The notes below the pieces were generated by a model. The model had not been told where the DNA came from and did not search any database. It saw only the letters and a list, made by a program, of their open reading frames with translations. DNA of 64,000 bases from Epiperipatus broadwayi (Eukaryota; Animalia; Onychophora): assembly GCA_028023455.1 (NCBI GenBank), contig JAQFVV010000001.1, positions 7,812,001 through 7,876,000 on the forward strand, in the 5' to 3' direction. The position numbers and the translations under genes are program-made. Positions 15,201 through 30,200 of the stretch are shown in pieces (positions within the stretch are counted from its first letter, which is position 1; the number at the start of each line of letters is the position of its first letter).

Positions 15201-18200
15201 ATAAATTTTACAAACAAGTTTTGAAGAAAGACTTTGATCACTAATCTTGTTTTTGTTTTTCCAAATATTTTTCTGAAAGTTTTTCTTAGATAAAATTCAT
15301 TTATAGCTAACAATTATTTCATTATCAGGCTCAGATAAGTAAGTTCTTATGTTTATTTTTTTTTCAGAATTTCATCTATTGCTTATTTATCTTCAATTGT
15401 TTGTAATTTCCTGCTTCATAAGTATAAAAAATTTCTGTTGACAAAGTCTCATAAATTTTTTTGACATAATCTTGCATTTATACTGAAGTATCATGATCTT
15501 AAGTTGTAATTTTTGAATTTAAATCTTCTATCATTTATACTTTCAGTTTATACGTCTAGTAAATTCTTTCACATAAAATCAAGTGGTTATGCTGAAAATC
15601 TTTAGAAGTTTTCATATTCTGAAGATGTTTATTTGAGGCATGGCTACTAACAATCTAGATTTAAATTGTCTCTCTAATTTATCATGATCTTTTATAAGAT
15701 AAGTATTATATACACCAAATATTTTAAGTTTCAATAGTTATCTTTTTTCTGTACCATATAATGGCCAAATTTTTCAATACTCTTTAAAGAAACTAATAAA
15801 TGTTCTGTTTATTATATATGATGCTGCACTAATGGTCCCAATTAAAAAAAAAAAAAGTCAACATTTGAATTGATTGGTAGAAATTTTATAATAGTAATTA
15901 TATATTGGACTATTTCCATCATCTAATATTAAATGACTTTAGAAAACTTTAAATTACTTAAAAACTTTCAAATACATTCAACTGTTAATAATAGCATACA
16001 TATTAGTATATAACACAAAGTTTGGAGTGATATTATTCTCTCTTCTTCAGATGTTAATAGCGTGGTCAATGATAAATAGTTCTAGCATGGAAATCTAACT
16101 TGGATCTTTCCATTTGGGAATACTGAATTTAAAGTGACACTCTAATCAATTAAGTTATGAGCCAAAGATAACAGACAGTAGAAATTTCATTATATATACA
16201 ACAAACCATGCACAAACTTCTTTATAAATCTTGATTTATTATATGAACTATTATAACGTATAAAAATATACTCCAATGTTTTGACTATATTCTTTTATAG
16301 TCTTTATCAAGGAACAACTAAAAAATACATAAAAAGCAATAAACCCAAATATTCTATAATTGATGTAACAAATATCTCTTACCTTAAAACTCTTCTACCA
16401 CAAATAATCTTAACTTTTCATTACATTCGTTACCTTCCTTAAAATAACTCCCTATAATTATTTAATTTAATAATTATAGGGGATTACTTTAAGAAACAAA
16501 TATAATGAAAAGTTAAGATTGTTAGAAAAGTTTTAAGGTAAGAGGTATTTGTTACTTGAATTATGGAATATTTTTGTTTATTGCTTTTTAAGGTATTTTT
16601 TAGTTGTTCCTTGATAAAGATTATAAAAGAATATAGTCTAAACATTGGGATATATTTTTGCATGTTATAATAGTTCATATAATAAATCAAGATTTATAAA
16701 GAAGTTTGTGTGTGGTTTGTTGTATATATATATATATATTGAAATTAATGGACTGTTTTTAAAATAGAAGATTGTATTTATTTGTTGTTTTTTTTTTTAA
16801 AAAATTTATTTAGAAATTTCAAATACTTATCTATAAGAGCCTTGCTGATTTCTTGACTTTTTCATTAGAGCAAGGTTAATTGGTGGCATCCAAACGTTAT
16901 GGATTATCACACTAAGTTGACTTATGGGTTATTTGCCATTGTCATGTGAACAGCTTCTTTGAATTTTCATTTTTGCATTTTTTCCACTCTATCCATTATT
17001 TTTTGTCTTTTTCCAATTTGTCATATGTTCAATGATATATTCATGATCTGCTACTTTAGATATATCTGTTTTTTCTTTTCTAATAACCAGTGCATGCTCT
17101 TTCAATCGTTTTTCAGTGGGGCAACAGGTTTCATAAATATACATCTTTGCATATTTACATGGTATTTCATAAATGCAGTTCTTGCTTTTCAGCATTTCAA
17201 GTTTTGTATTAAAATGCCATCATTACAAACTCTCAAACAAACACATTTTACAATGTTCATTATATATAGAGGATTTGAATACTGACATTCAAGCACCCTT
17301 CAACTATCCACACTATCTCATACCACTGATACACATGACCACACACGTGAAGAAAAGATAAATAATCACCAATACACGTATTTTGTATGGATCAGCACTC
17401 ATCAGTTGATATATATATATATAATTAGTGCTCAATAGGATTTGGGCTTTCCATTATCAGATTTTCAATGGCATGGATGGCTGAAGATTTGGAGTAGATT
17501 GAAGCCTGTCCATTAAGGGATGAAGATTTGCTTCTTAATATAAACTGATCACTGATTATAGATGTGTGAGGGAGATGATAATCTGGTCCAACTGATGAGT
17601 GCTGATTCAGCAAGAAATATGTATATTGGTGATTATTTATATTTTCTACACGTGTGTGGTCATGTGTATCAATGGTATGAGATAGTGTAGATAGTTTGAA
17701 GGTACTTGAAAGTCCGTGTTCAAATCCCCCTACATTTACAATTAAGTTCCAGATATATGAAGAATGCCTGTATTCACAAGTTCATTAACGTTACATTAAC
17801 TCACTCACATATTCCATTTGTTCTGAATTTTATAATATATTGTATTTTTCCTATTTTAAATGTCTTCAATTTTTTTTATAATATATTTAACTTCAATATC
17901 ACATCAAATTGATACATTTTATTTTAATTATGTTGATATAAGATTTTTATACTTTTTGAAACTTCAATACTTTTGTACATTAACAAATGGCACATATAAA
18001 TTAATAATAATTTATTACTAAATGCAACTATATATATCATATCATGCATTGGATTACTAAAAACTTCTGTTACAATACATGCACCAATTTTTCTTGTCAT
18101 TTTATCCTCATAAAGTTTTGAGTTGAATCCCTTATGGAAATCCCTAAAATGATTTTGCAAAAAAATATGAAAAATTTCCTGGATATCAATTCAGTAAATT

Positions 18201-21200
18201 TAGAAACTTCTGAGATATTCACACATACTCCTGCTAGATATTCACATTTTAATTTTCTATTTTATAAACAGAAATAAATGAGTTACAATCTTATTTTCTA
18301 TAATGTTCTATTTTATAATGGTAACAACTTTTTTTCCAAATAACTAGTCTTTTTTTTAGCTGGAAAAACTTTACTTTTCTTAGTTATATTAATAGTAATT
18401 AACTTCTTTGCATTTTTTAAGTGTCCACCAATACTTGAATTTAGTAGATGAATGATGATTCTGAATCTATTATATAAGTTAATTCAGAACTGAGAAAATT
18501 TCTTACTTATCATAAAAAAATGTATTTTACCTCTCTTAATTTGTTAATGAATTTTTTTTCTCAAGGGTTATAGATTTTTCATTAAAGGAACAATAAAAAT
18601 ATTTACAATCTTGTTGATATGCATAGCATTTATAAAGAAAATTATTTTACTAACCTTCATAGTTTTAATAATCTTTATATTTGCAATCTTTTCAAAACTT
18701 TCAGAGTTAATATGATATTCTTTAAGCTAAAAAAATATTAAACAAATTAAAAGAGTAAGAATCAGACATATTTATTAAGAGAACTATCTCTTCTATTTTA
18801 CCTTCTCCATTTTTTACCTGTTTTTTCAAAAACTTTATGGAAGACTTCCAAAAATGAATTCACAAAACATTTCCTGAATAATTTTCTTTCATAAACTAAT
18901 CTGATATTGTTTCAATTATTGTAACTATTGATGATAAAATTTACATTTATTTTGTTTATGACACTTTTTCTTTTTTAAAATATTATCCATTAATTATTGT
19001 GTATAATATTTTATGTTTTCTTATATTGTCTATTAAGTTTTCAATGTATATGAATACATATTATTCAAAATATTGTTTAAAATACAGAAATAAAAGAAAA
19101 AGATATTCTCTGAGCGGTTAATTTATTCGCTTTTAAAATGACTGATCTAAATCAAAGAACTGTTTGATGATATTAAAATAAACAGATTATAAGAGAACAA
19201 TACATCTATATTTTGTGATTTTCCCTCCAAATATTGCGTATTTACCTATAGGATGATTTAATTATTACTAAAATACATTACTGATGTCATTTAAATTCAT
19301 TATCATAGATTGACTAATTTAATGCCTATCTGATATTCTTTGTAATAATTTGCCTTTTTCTCACTTCACAGATTATCAAATGTGATATAATGCTAATCTT
19401 AATTCACACTTATGGATTGACCTTAATTTTCATAAACACAATTTAGTTAAAAAAACAAATAAACTGTATTTAATAAAAAAAATTTTCATAAAATGATAAA
19501 TTCTTACAATAGGACTTGTAATACTATTAAAAACACATATAAATAAATTTTCTGCCATTTAAAGTCAATATTAAATTTTCCTATCAATTCTTTGATATAT
19601 TTCATAGATTTTGATTCAGATTATTATAAATCAACTAACATTAAAGAAAGGACATAAAATCAATTCATTCATTAAATTTAGAGATTTGCATCAATTTAAA
19701 CTAATATGGGTTTATTATCAGTCTACCAATATCCTTGGAATACTGGGGAAAAAAAAAATTCAGAAACAGATGTTGCAACTGAAAGATTGTTTTTAAAACC
19801 ATTTATTATACAATTTTTTTTTCATCAGCTACACTTCCTTATATCAGTAAGAAATTAATTACTTCCATGTTCTGAGGATGATTCTAATTAATTAATATTT
19901 TTAATCTATAAAATGTAAGTATTAAAGATCTATGATTTTTTATTTTATTTTCTGATCTTTGTTCTAGACTTCTCTCTAACTAATTAACTTATTTAAATTT
20001 TAAAAACTGATTCTGTTTGCTGTGATAATATTTTTCCTTGTAAATATATACCAACATGACAATAAACTATCATATTCACTAGAACTAAATCCCTTCAATG
20101 ATAAATTGACTAATTTATTAAATTTAAAAAATAAAGTTTGTTTACAAATATACATTTTTAAAATAAATTATTTTAAAAACAGATTACAACTGTTTGTATG
20201 AATGATTTATATTTCAATTAAAATACATTTAGGTTAAAAAAACTAATTAAATCTATTTATTCACTTCTTTGGTGCTCACGACTACAATTTATGAATTAAT
20301 CTTCACTATAAATCATCATCATAAAATATACAGATGAAGAATGAAATTTCTTCATTAAAATTCTATTTGAATGGATTGAAGATTTATCAATGTGAACAAT
20401 TATTTGAATAACTATGTGGTTATAAAACTATTTTTCAGATCGTATCACTAGACCACACTTCCACCTTTTAATATTTTGATGGTTACTTTAAATCTTTATT
20501 ATATTCTTTTCACCAATATTTAAAGAATGATGTAACAACAAGAAACACCTGTTTTGAAAAGCATATCTTGATAGCCACATAAATCTTGACAGTGATAAGA
20601 CAAGCTCTTAATTTCTTATTGAAAACAATATTATAATCTGATTTAAATTATTAGAAAGAAATCTTTGATGTGCATGAAAAAGAACCTCTTTTCTCATCTA
20701 ACAGTCTCTGACTTAGCTTTTCTTACATATGCTTAAGAATCGTTCCCAACAAAATAAATATTAATTACTAATTTTTTTTCTTTCAAGGATTTATTTAATA
20801 ATGACATTTATAAAAATGGAAAAACAAAATATATTTAACTGAAATGGGTCAATTACATATGCATATGTATTGCATACATAATTATTTGGATAATTTCTTT
20901 TAAAACATACAAACTCTCCGTACAGTAGTGCCACTCAGTGCAAGTCAGAGTAATCAATGGACGCAAGAAGGTTTGTGCATAAAATCCTTATCTAATGCCT
21001 ACTCATCCAATATCTCCAGACTAGTTTCTAGCTTGTGGCTTTCATCAGTGAGAAATCTTGGATCTGAGAGCATTGCAACTAGATCTTAGGATCTAATGAA
21101 ACCCTCCAGCAGCCACTTTTTATCTCTACTTAACTACAAAACTATGAGTCTAAAATTGAAAGCACAATAATATTTTAAATCCAAGCTCACTAGCTTATAT

Positions 21201-24200
21201 AGTCATATAGGTCTGAACTCAGTTCAGTATCCATATATTTTGGTGTTTTTGGTTCTTTAATAACCATAACCACCACTATTCTATTAAGCAGAATTGATAT
21301 TAAACCATTAAACATCACATGACAGCTATTTCTTATGCTTGCTCATAAGAACAGAGTTCAGACCTATATAACTATATAAGCTAATGAGCTTGGATTGAAA
21401 ATATTATTATGTTTTCAATTTCAGACTCATAGTTTTGTAGTTAAGTAGAGATAAAAGGTGGCTGCTGGAGGATTGGATTAGATCCTAAGATCTAGATGTA
21501 GTGCTCTCAGATTCAAGGCTCCTCATTGATGAAAGCCATAAGCTAGAAACTAGTCTGTGCATTTTGGATGAGCAGGCACTAGATGGGGATTTTATGCACA
21601 AACCTTCTTGCATCCATTGATTACTCTGGCTATTGTATGGAGAGTTTTGCCTGTTTTAACACCTGAGCAAGCATAAGAAATGATGATCATGTGATGTTTA
21701 GTGGTCTAATTTCTTTTATAAAGTAATGTTTTAAAATATAATGAAAATTATGAAACATATTACAACTGCAGATCACTTTCAAGTGAAGGAAGATTGCAAG
21801 AATTAGAAGAACTCTCTTATATTAAATGGGATATTATTGAACTTTGTGAAGTTAGAAGAAAAGGTGAAGAGACAATTGATTTAAAAAGTGGACATATATT
21901 CTATTATAAAGGCACAAATATTGGAAATACAAGTGGAGTAGGATTCATTATAAATAAAAAGTGGAAGAACAATATTGTGGAGATTGATGGTGTATCAGAC
22001 AGAGTGGCAAGATTAGTTATACAACTTAATAGCAGATACCAAATGCAGATAATTCAGGTTTATGCCCCAACAAGTTCTCATAGTGATGAAGTAGTAGAAG
22101 ATTTTTATATGGATGTACAAAAGGCTTTTGATCAGAGTAAACAACATTTTAAAATTGTTATGGGAGACTTTAATGCTAGAATTGGTAAACAAATGAAAGA
22201 TGAAAGTGCTGTAGGTAATTTTGGTTATGGTAATAGAAATGAGAGAGGACATAGACTTGTGGAGTTTGCAGAAAAAGAAAAACTTTATATTATGAATTCT
22301 TTTTTTGAGAAAAATGCTAAAAGAAAATGGACATGGAAGCATCCAAATGAAGGTACAGCAGAATTGGATTATATTTTGACTAACAGGAAATATATATTTC
22401 AAGATTGTAATATTCTTAATAGATTTAACACAGGAAATGATCATCGATTAGTAAGATGCAAGATACATGTTAATGTAAAACTAGAAAGACAAAAATTGTT
22501 AAGAAAAACAATATTTACAGTTGATATTCCTAATCTTCAGAAACATTCTAATGAATTTAAATTAGAACTTACAAATCGGTTTCAAGTATTAGTAGATTTT
22601 GAACATGATTCGGATTTGAATGAAATTAATATGAAAATAACTGATACACTTTTAAAAACTGCAAGAAAGATAGCTGGTAGAAAAAAGCAGCAATTGACCA
22701 ATAAAATTTCTAATGAGACTAGAGAATTTATGAAGAAAAGAAGAAATATGAAGATATACAAAAATGATGCATTAAAAAGAATTGAATATCTCGAATTTTG
22801 TAAAATGGTGCGGAAAAGAGTTGAAAATGATATAAGAAAGTATAACTGTGAACTAGCAAGAAAAGCTGTAGAAGAAAATAAAAGTCTTAAGAATGTAAAA
22901 CAACATTTTGGTATTGGTAGGATATTTATATCTGCAATAAGAAAAAAAGATGGAATTATTACTAAAAAGAGAGATGACATCATGAAATTGGTAGAAATTT
23001 TTTATCAAGAATTATATAGTAATAAAGAACAAGTACCTCCTATATCTATTACATCTTCCGAATTGCCCAGAATTTTAAATGAAGAAGTGAGAAATGCAAT
23101 TAAATGTATGAAGAAAGGAAAGGCTCCAGGTAATGATGGAATTATAATTGATATATTAAAAGAAGCAGGTGAAGAAACATAATTTTTTTTAGCAAAGTTA
23201 TATACTAAATGTCTAAATGATAAAGATGTACTGGATGATTGGAAGAATGCAATAATAATATTAATATTTAAAAAGGTGATAAAGAAGATATTAGAAATTA
23301 CAGACCTATCAGCCTTTTATCAGTTTTATATAAATTTTTTACCAAGATAATTACAACTCGTCTACAGAGAACATTGGATTTCCACCAACCAAGAGAACAA
23401 GCTGGATTTAAAAGTGGTTTTAGTACAGTAGATCATATTCAGGTATTGAGAGAAGTTATAGAAAGGACAAATGAATATGAGTTGTCATTATGTTTTGGAT
23501 TTGTAGATTATGAAAAGACATTTGATTCTATAAACATTTCTTCAGTGATTAAAGCATTGGATCATCGAGGTATAGATCCAGGATATTGCCATATTTTAAA
23601 GAATATTTATAAAAATGCAACAGCAACAATTAGATTACATAATGATACTGGGAAAGTCAACATTGAGAAAGGTGTAAGACAAGGTGACTCCATATCTCCA
23701 AAACTTTTTACAGCAGTGCTGCAAGAAGTATTTTGTGGATTAAAATGGGAAACTAAAGGAGTGAAAGTAAATGGAGATTATTTAAGTCATTTAGATTTCG
23801 CAGATGATGTAGTTGTTTTTGCAAATAATGCTTCAGAGCTGCAGGAAATGTTGCAGGAGTTATCAGATGAAAGTAGAAAAGTAGGACTAAAGATAAATGT
23901 TAAAAAGACTAAAGTAATGTTTAATCAATTTGCTCAAAATATGAAAATAAAGATTGATTATGATGAATTAGAAGAAGTTAACAGTTACAAATACCTTGGT
24001 CAGATTATTAATACAGATGGAAACATAATGGAGGAAATTAATCATAGAATTAAACTTGGTTGGAGTGCTTTTGGTAGAAATAACTTGATACTAAAAGGAA
24101 ATATGCCTATGTGTTTGAAAAGGAAGGTTTTTAACAAATGTGTTTTACCAGTTCTTACTTATGGATCTGAGAGTTGGACACTCAATAGAAGAGCAATACA

Positions 24201-27200
24201 GAGACTTCAGACCACTCAAAGAACTATAGAGATATATATGTTGGGAGTAACAAGAAGAGATCGAAAACGCAATGTATGGGTAAGAGAACAAACAGGTGTT
24301 ACTGGTCTCATTGAAAAAATTAAAAGATTGAAGTGGAGTTGGGCTGGACATATTGCTAGAAGAGATGATAATAGATGGACAATTGAAATTTTAAACTGGA
24401 TTCCAAGAGATTGTAAAAGACCCAGAAAGAGACCACATGTGAGATGGACGGATGAAATAAGAAAGTGTGCAGGGGTGATGTGGAGAAGAGAAGCTAAAGA
24501 TCGAAAAAGATGGATTAAACTTGGAGAGACCTTCATCCTGCAGTGGATTGATAATGGTTGATAATGATGATAATGTAAAAAATACTTACCTCAGCTCATC
24601 TATGAATTTATTTTAATTCTAATAAGAATATCTGTCTATTTTTTCTTTCTATAAATATATAAAAATTAACATAAACATTCGCCACTGTTGTAACTCCAAA
24701 ACTAGAAGTCACAGTACCACATTCGATATCTCATAAAAAAATTATAGATTATCTAGAAGTGGTATAATATACTAGTAAAAAAAAAAAAATTAAAGTCTCT
24801 AAACTGACATAAGTGCATCAAGCTCATAGAAAAGTCAATCTAATATCATCCTTCTCCTAAACATAATAAAAAAGTTATGCATGTGTAAGTCAAATCATCC
24901 AATAAAAAATTCAATTTTGGTCAAAATCGTGACAACTGCATGATTATTCATCTTCTAGATTTTTTCAAAAATATTTTATACAAGAAAAGTGATCATTTGA
25001 GAAGGAATTGATAAGATAATTTCTGAACAAGTAAAAGTAATAATAGTTGTAATTTTTAGTAATTTGAAATTATTAAACATTTATATCTTATTATAAATAT
25101 ATATAAAAGATTTATCATCAGTTTGTGAAAGACATTGATGATATATATTAAATGTTTATGGATGTGAATATGTATTTATATGCGACTATCTATAAATTGT
25201 CCAATTGTACTTAGTAATGTGTACTTGTATTTCCAATAATATATTTCAGTAGAAAAGACTCCTTGCCCTCAAACATGTTTTCATAGATAAGTATAGATTA
25301 AAAATAAAATCACAAATCAATTAATATTTTAAAAATATTTAAATTCTTTATTTTTATGTTTTATAATAATTATTATAATTTCTATGCTTTACTGTTTTTT
25401 ATGGTATGTTAGCTTTATGGGATAGAATTATAAAAACTGTTTTTTGTGAAAAGTGCATCTTCAATGAAATGCATAAATATGCCCCGTGATTTGATTTCAA
25501 AATTTCACTGCAGCACAGATATAAAAAGCACACCACATTACATTTAAATATATATTATATATGACAGATCTTTATACTTTACATTAAACAAATTTGATAA
25601 ATCTCATTGCTCCATTTATTCAAATAGAAAAGACATCACCTCAACAAATATGAAAAGATTAATATCAAAGAAATTAACACTTATTTTACTATAACTCAGA
25701 TTAACAAATTAGCTAAAAAACTTAATGTGAACCAATCTCAGTTCATTTTTAAATTGGGAGCTTCAATATTTTATAAAGAATAATCTCAATTTATTCCAGA
25801 AAACATAAAAAAACAAGTATTTATATGTTTATTAATACCAATTATTGTCTATTTAAATACAGCAATTGTGAGCATAGCATGCTATTAAATCCATGAATAG
25901 AAAATAAATAGCTTTAAAGGAAATCTACCACTAATGATTTTATTTATTATTGAACTGGATTTAGTTATAAAAATATTGTAATTATTGAAATGATAAAAAA
26001 AAGTTCTGATTGAGATCTACTGTTGTGCTTGGTCTGAATTGCAGACTTAAATCAATAGTCACAAAAAATATAAACACCTGAAGTTCAATTAATATGATTT
26101 ATTAGGATTAAGTATATTTACATAATATACAACATCAATGAATATACTACCATGTATATAATCCCAATTAATGTAGGGCCGGTGGTACCTGAAAGACTAG
26201 ACTCACTTCCAGCTATATGTAACAGCCTGCCTCATGAGTTTGTCTAATGACTTTTCCGGCTGTACCAGACAGCTTGTATTGAGTCGGTTTTGGTCTTTAG
26301 CAATTCCCAGTCCTATCATGGACTTGCCTCAATGCTTAGACCGATAGCATAATAGCTATAATGGAAATGTTTACTGTGGTTTTAATGGAGAATACGTACC
26401 GCCGCTTAGGTTAGACAGATGTTCTCCCCTTATCTCCAAAAAGGCTGATTATTTATTGCCAGATCCCCAATCTTACTGGAAGCAATCAGATTCAGAAAGC
26501 ATCACTGCCTATTGACCCACACTAACCATCGGCTGTGTTTTATCTATATGTTTACACATTGCTTAGTGGCAATGAATGCTCAATCCGATAAGGAAGGAAT
26601 ATATATGGGCTAGTCTACTTCTGAAGACAAGGTGAGGTATAATATCTACCATGCTGAGGATTCACTGATATAGATAAATCAGATAATTTGTGGAAATTTA
26701 TTCAAGGTACATATCCATGATATGTTTATGAATCTAGTAATTAACAAACTTATCCAGATATGAGTACCAATAATTTTTTTCTGAGAACTAGAACAATTAA
26801 GATTTGAAATTTCTATTAAATCAGAAGTAAAAAGAACAGAGGAGATTCTGAACAAACTCCTAAGGTTTGAGAAAATCTGAGAAAATATTGTACTACAATT
26901 AAGCTATTTTTAACATAATTGATTAGATAAATATGGATGGACATTACAGAATGAGATAAAGAATTTTCCAGATATTAGTAAAAAAAAAAAAATACACTGT
27001 TTATTTATTATATGATCAGGTGGCGTTCTAGCACTAAAGCACAATGCAGGGCACAAATTTCATTCAACTAAACAATTTTTTTTTCTATCCTTGGAAAATT
27101 TAGTATTAGAATTAATCACAAACCACTGAATTAAATCATACAGAGCATTAATTTACATGTCATATCAATCAATCAATCTCTTATATTAAAAATTATTGCT

Positions 27201-30200
27201 TAAAGATTATTCAAGTCAATAGGTTCTCTAAAAAAAAATTTACAGCTAAATTAAATATCTATTAGGCAAGCATTATCAAACAATAATATTATCAAGATTT
27301 TTAAAAACCTCTTTACACATGATAACAGTAAAAAAAGACATTAATAAAAATTCCAGATTTTCAATAAAAAAATTTGAAGAAATAATCAAAGTTTAAAAAA
27401 AAAAAAAGTAAATGTTTTTTAAACATTAATTTAAATCAGAATTGCTGAATCTAAAAAAATCAATATGCAAATTAAAAAAACCAACTTACTTTAATTCCTC
27501 CGGTAATATCTTCTCTAATATTAATGTTTTCCTTTTTAGTTGATGGATTTAATAAATCATGAATTTCTTCATTGTGTATCTAAATAAGAAGATATGATTT
27601 ACTAAATACAATCAAAATATTTTTTTGTATATATCCAATTTCTTAAACTTTAATTTTACTCACTTCTAGAAATGAAATTTTAATTAAAAACTGAGTATCT
27701 TCTCTTTCTGCAACCCCTTCAAACATATTATGAATAACTCTGGGAATAATTCCCATTTGATAGTCTTGTTCAAGAATTAAATTATTGAAAGCAGTACCCA
27801 TAGAGAAAGTCTTCCCAGAACCCGTTTGACCATAAGCCAAAACTGTTGCATTATAACCTGGGATAAAAAAAAAAAGAAGACAAAAACATTTTTATAAATT
27901 TTTATTATTATAAGAGTAGATCTAATATATTTTAGAAAAAAACAAAACAAAATTTCAATAAAATACAATCAACAAAAAATGATTTACTTAAATTATTATA
28001 TATAGAAATTCTTATATTTTTTTAACAATTGCTTAACTGATTTTATAATATATATCGAAATACAGAGAATCAATCTAATAAGTAGCATAAGAGTGATATG
28101 AATTTGTTGTTGTGTAAAGTATGATTTTAAAAAACCCAATAATATATATGGAATAAAATATTTTTACTCCTGATAGAAACTTCATATTTAGTGGAAGCAG
28201 GATTCAGTGTTATGAACAAATTTTTGACTAAAGAGGGAAACCGCTTGGCTGTACAAGAAATGGGGAAACTTTTTTTGATTATTTTTGACAAAACTAAAAT
28301 CAAATATAAACTATTTTCTTAACCAAAATCAAGCACAAGATTTTTACACTAAAAATAATTTCTATTAAACATTTATTTTTTATATATATATATTGTAACG
28401 CTACTGAGCGTTCATTAAAATTGTGTTTATAATTATTAAAAATAAAATTCTCATAAAACAACGTATAGTTTAAATTTGATAATAAATAGTTAAAAGTTTA
28501 AGAAAGGGAAGTTAATGTAAAAGTTTAGAGTTTTAAAAATAAAAAAAGAAGAAAATACTGTTAGCCCAGGGGAAAATGAAACCCTGCATCATTCATAAAG
28601 TTTTACGAATTAATTTAAAAGTAATTCGGGAGAGAGAATTTGGCTTAGAAAAGGTTAAAACTATAGCGGTTTAAGTAAATCTTTTACATAAAATTAAAGA
28701 ACATCTCTCTTTTCGTTTAAATTATTAAAGAAAAAAAAAGGAAAAGTAATTTTAAAAACTAAATAACAAATAGATTTTAAATATATATGTGGGTGTTAAA
28801 AATATTTAAAAGAAAAACCAATGAAAGTGTGGAAGTGGAATGTCTTTCAAAGATTTAAATATTGTATATGCTCGTAGGTGATATAAAACAGAATTTGCAA
28901 TGGCTACTAAGTAATAAATCCACAAAACAACAAATTTGCAATGGCTACTAATTAAAAGATCTCAAACAACAGGACTAAAATATTATCAAAGGAGTGTTTT
29001 CAAAAACAGTGGAGGAATTTCAACAACAGATATAGCTGGAGGACATAAAACCAATTAATAAAGTGACAACAGGTCATTACATAAATAGACCAGTTTTTTA
29101 TCGTTCAATCAGTTGAGATCACAATCAGATTAGTGCAGTTCAGTTCAGTCTAAGAGATCAGTCAATCAGTCAATCGATCAGTTGACAATGCAGTGTTAAA
29201 AGCCTCAGAATTAACAGCTTTGCTCCAGCCTGAGTCCGATGAAACAGCAATTTGCCCGGTAAAAGTGATGCATGCCTAACAACTTAAAAATCCGCTTTCG
29301 ATATCTAACTGTCTCAAAGAATAGTGCCACAGAATAGTATGCATAGAAACCTCGAATCCAACCAGTTGGTTGGAAGGATTTTCACATGAAGCAGAAACCA
29401 GCAAGAAGACAAAATCCTATTGGAAATAAATTTCACAACAAACAGCAAGAAGTATCCATGTTTTGAAATCCTAGGTAATAAATAACATTTTCTTATTTAC
29501 ATTTCTAATTAATGTAGCCATTGCAATCCTTAAAGCCCCCAGAGTCAATTAAAAAAATGAACTCTATAGCATACATAAAGAACTATTGATGTGTGTGTTT
29601 TTAAATGCTATGTATTATTCAATGCTTTTGTTATACATTACTTTAGTGTATGAATTCAGTGTGTGCATGGTCATTATATAAAAATACCATTGTTTATGTT
29701 AGTTAAGATTTATAAAAGTAATTAAAATTAGAATAAGAAGTGTTTAATTAAAATAAATTATCTTTAAACGTAATATTTGTCGGTCAATTCTTTTACCACT
29801 AATTGAAGCAATAATTTATTGTATTACTTTTGATTGAGCTAGTTGGGATATTTTAGGCACTGAATTAGTTTGCCATCATTCAAAACATGTTAGTTCTTGT
29901 AGTTAACTGGTGCCAGGGGTTTACTCCGAAACAAAAGTGCTTTGAATGATAGGTGTTAAATTTGGCAGCCGAGAAGGTCTGTGCCCTTCAAACATGGTCC
30001 CAGTTATATATATTTTATATATAGCTCTGGCTTGGACACAGGTGCCTTCTGGGCATTATTCTTCTCTGCATAAGGGGCTGTGGTGGAGTAATATTTAAAT
30101 TGCATTGGTGTAGATCAAATATATAAATTATAATATCATGTTTTGTATAAAAGTTTTACAAGTTATATTTCATAATATTATTTTATTAAAGAGTCAAAAG

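Larger units (their letters stand above)
16830..17715 (-). mobile_element. Penelope-like element remnant: GIY-YIG endonuclease fragment (~16830-17270) plus inverted pLTR-like repeats (~17281-17410 / ~17590-17715)
   Basis: KNCIYEIPC...YI.ET...EKRLKEH...IRK...SKVADH...H...W..TK, then (frameshifted) KEAVHM...NPISQ.S...NVW.P: the PLE GIY-YIG pattern. The adjacent inverted repeats each carry a hammerhead motif. Confidence 0.8.
20900..21660. repeat. Foldback of a hammerhead-bearing repeat: arms ~20900-21225 and ~21350-21660
   Basis: AGTAATCAATGGA.GCAAGAAGGTTTGTGCATAAAATCC...ACTACAAAACTATGAGTCT...ATAGGTCTGAACTC is present on both strands. The same module occurs at ~11.05 kb and ~33.9 kb. Confidence 0.88.

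Noticed and set aside
24588-24620. Perfect donor GAG|GTAAGT on the KIF4 strand beside the LINE tail
   Set aside because: Only weak acceptors give 10- or 29-nt non-triplet exons, and exons 3 and 4 already join in frame; such 9-mers occur by chance in 15-kb introns.
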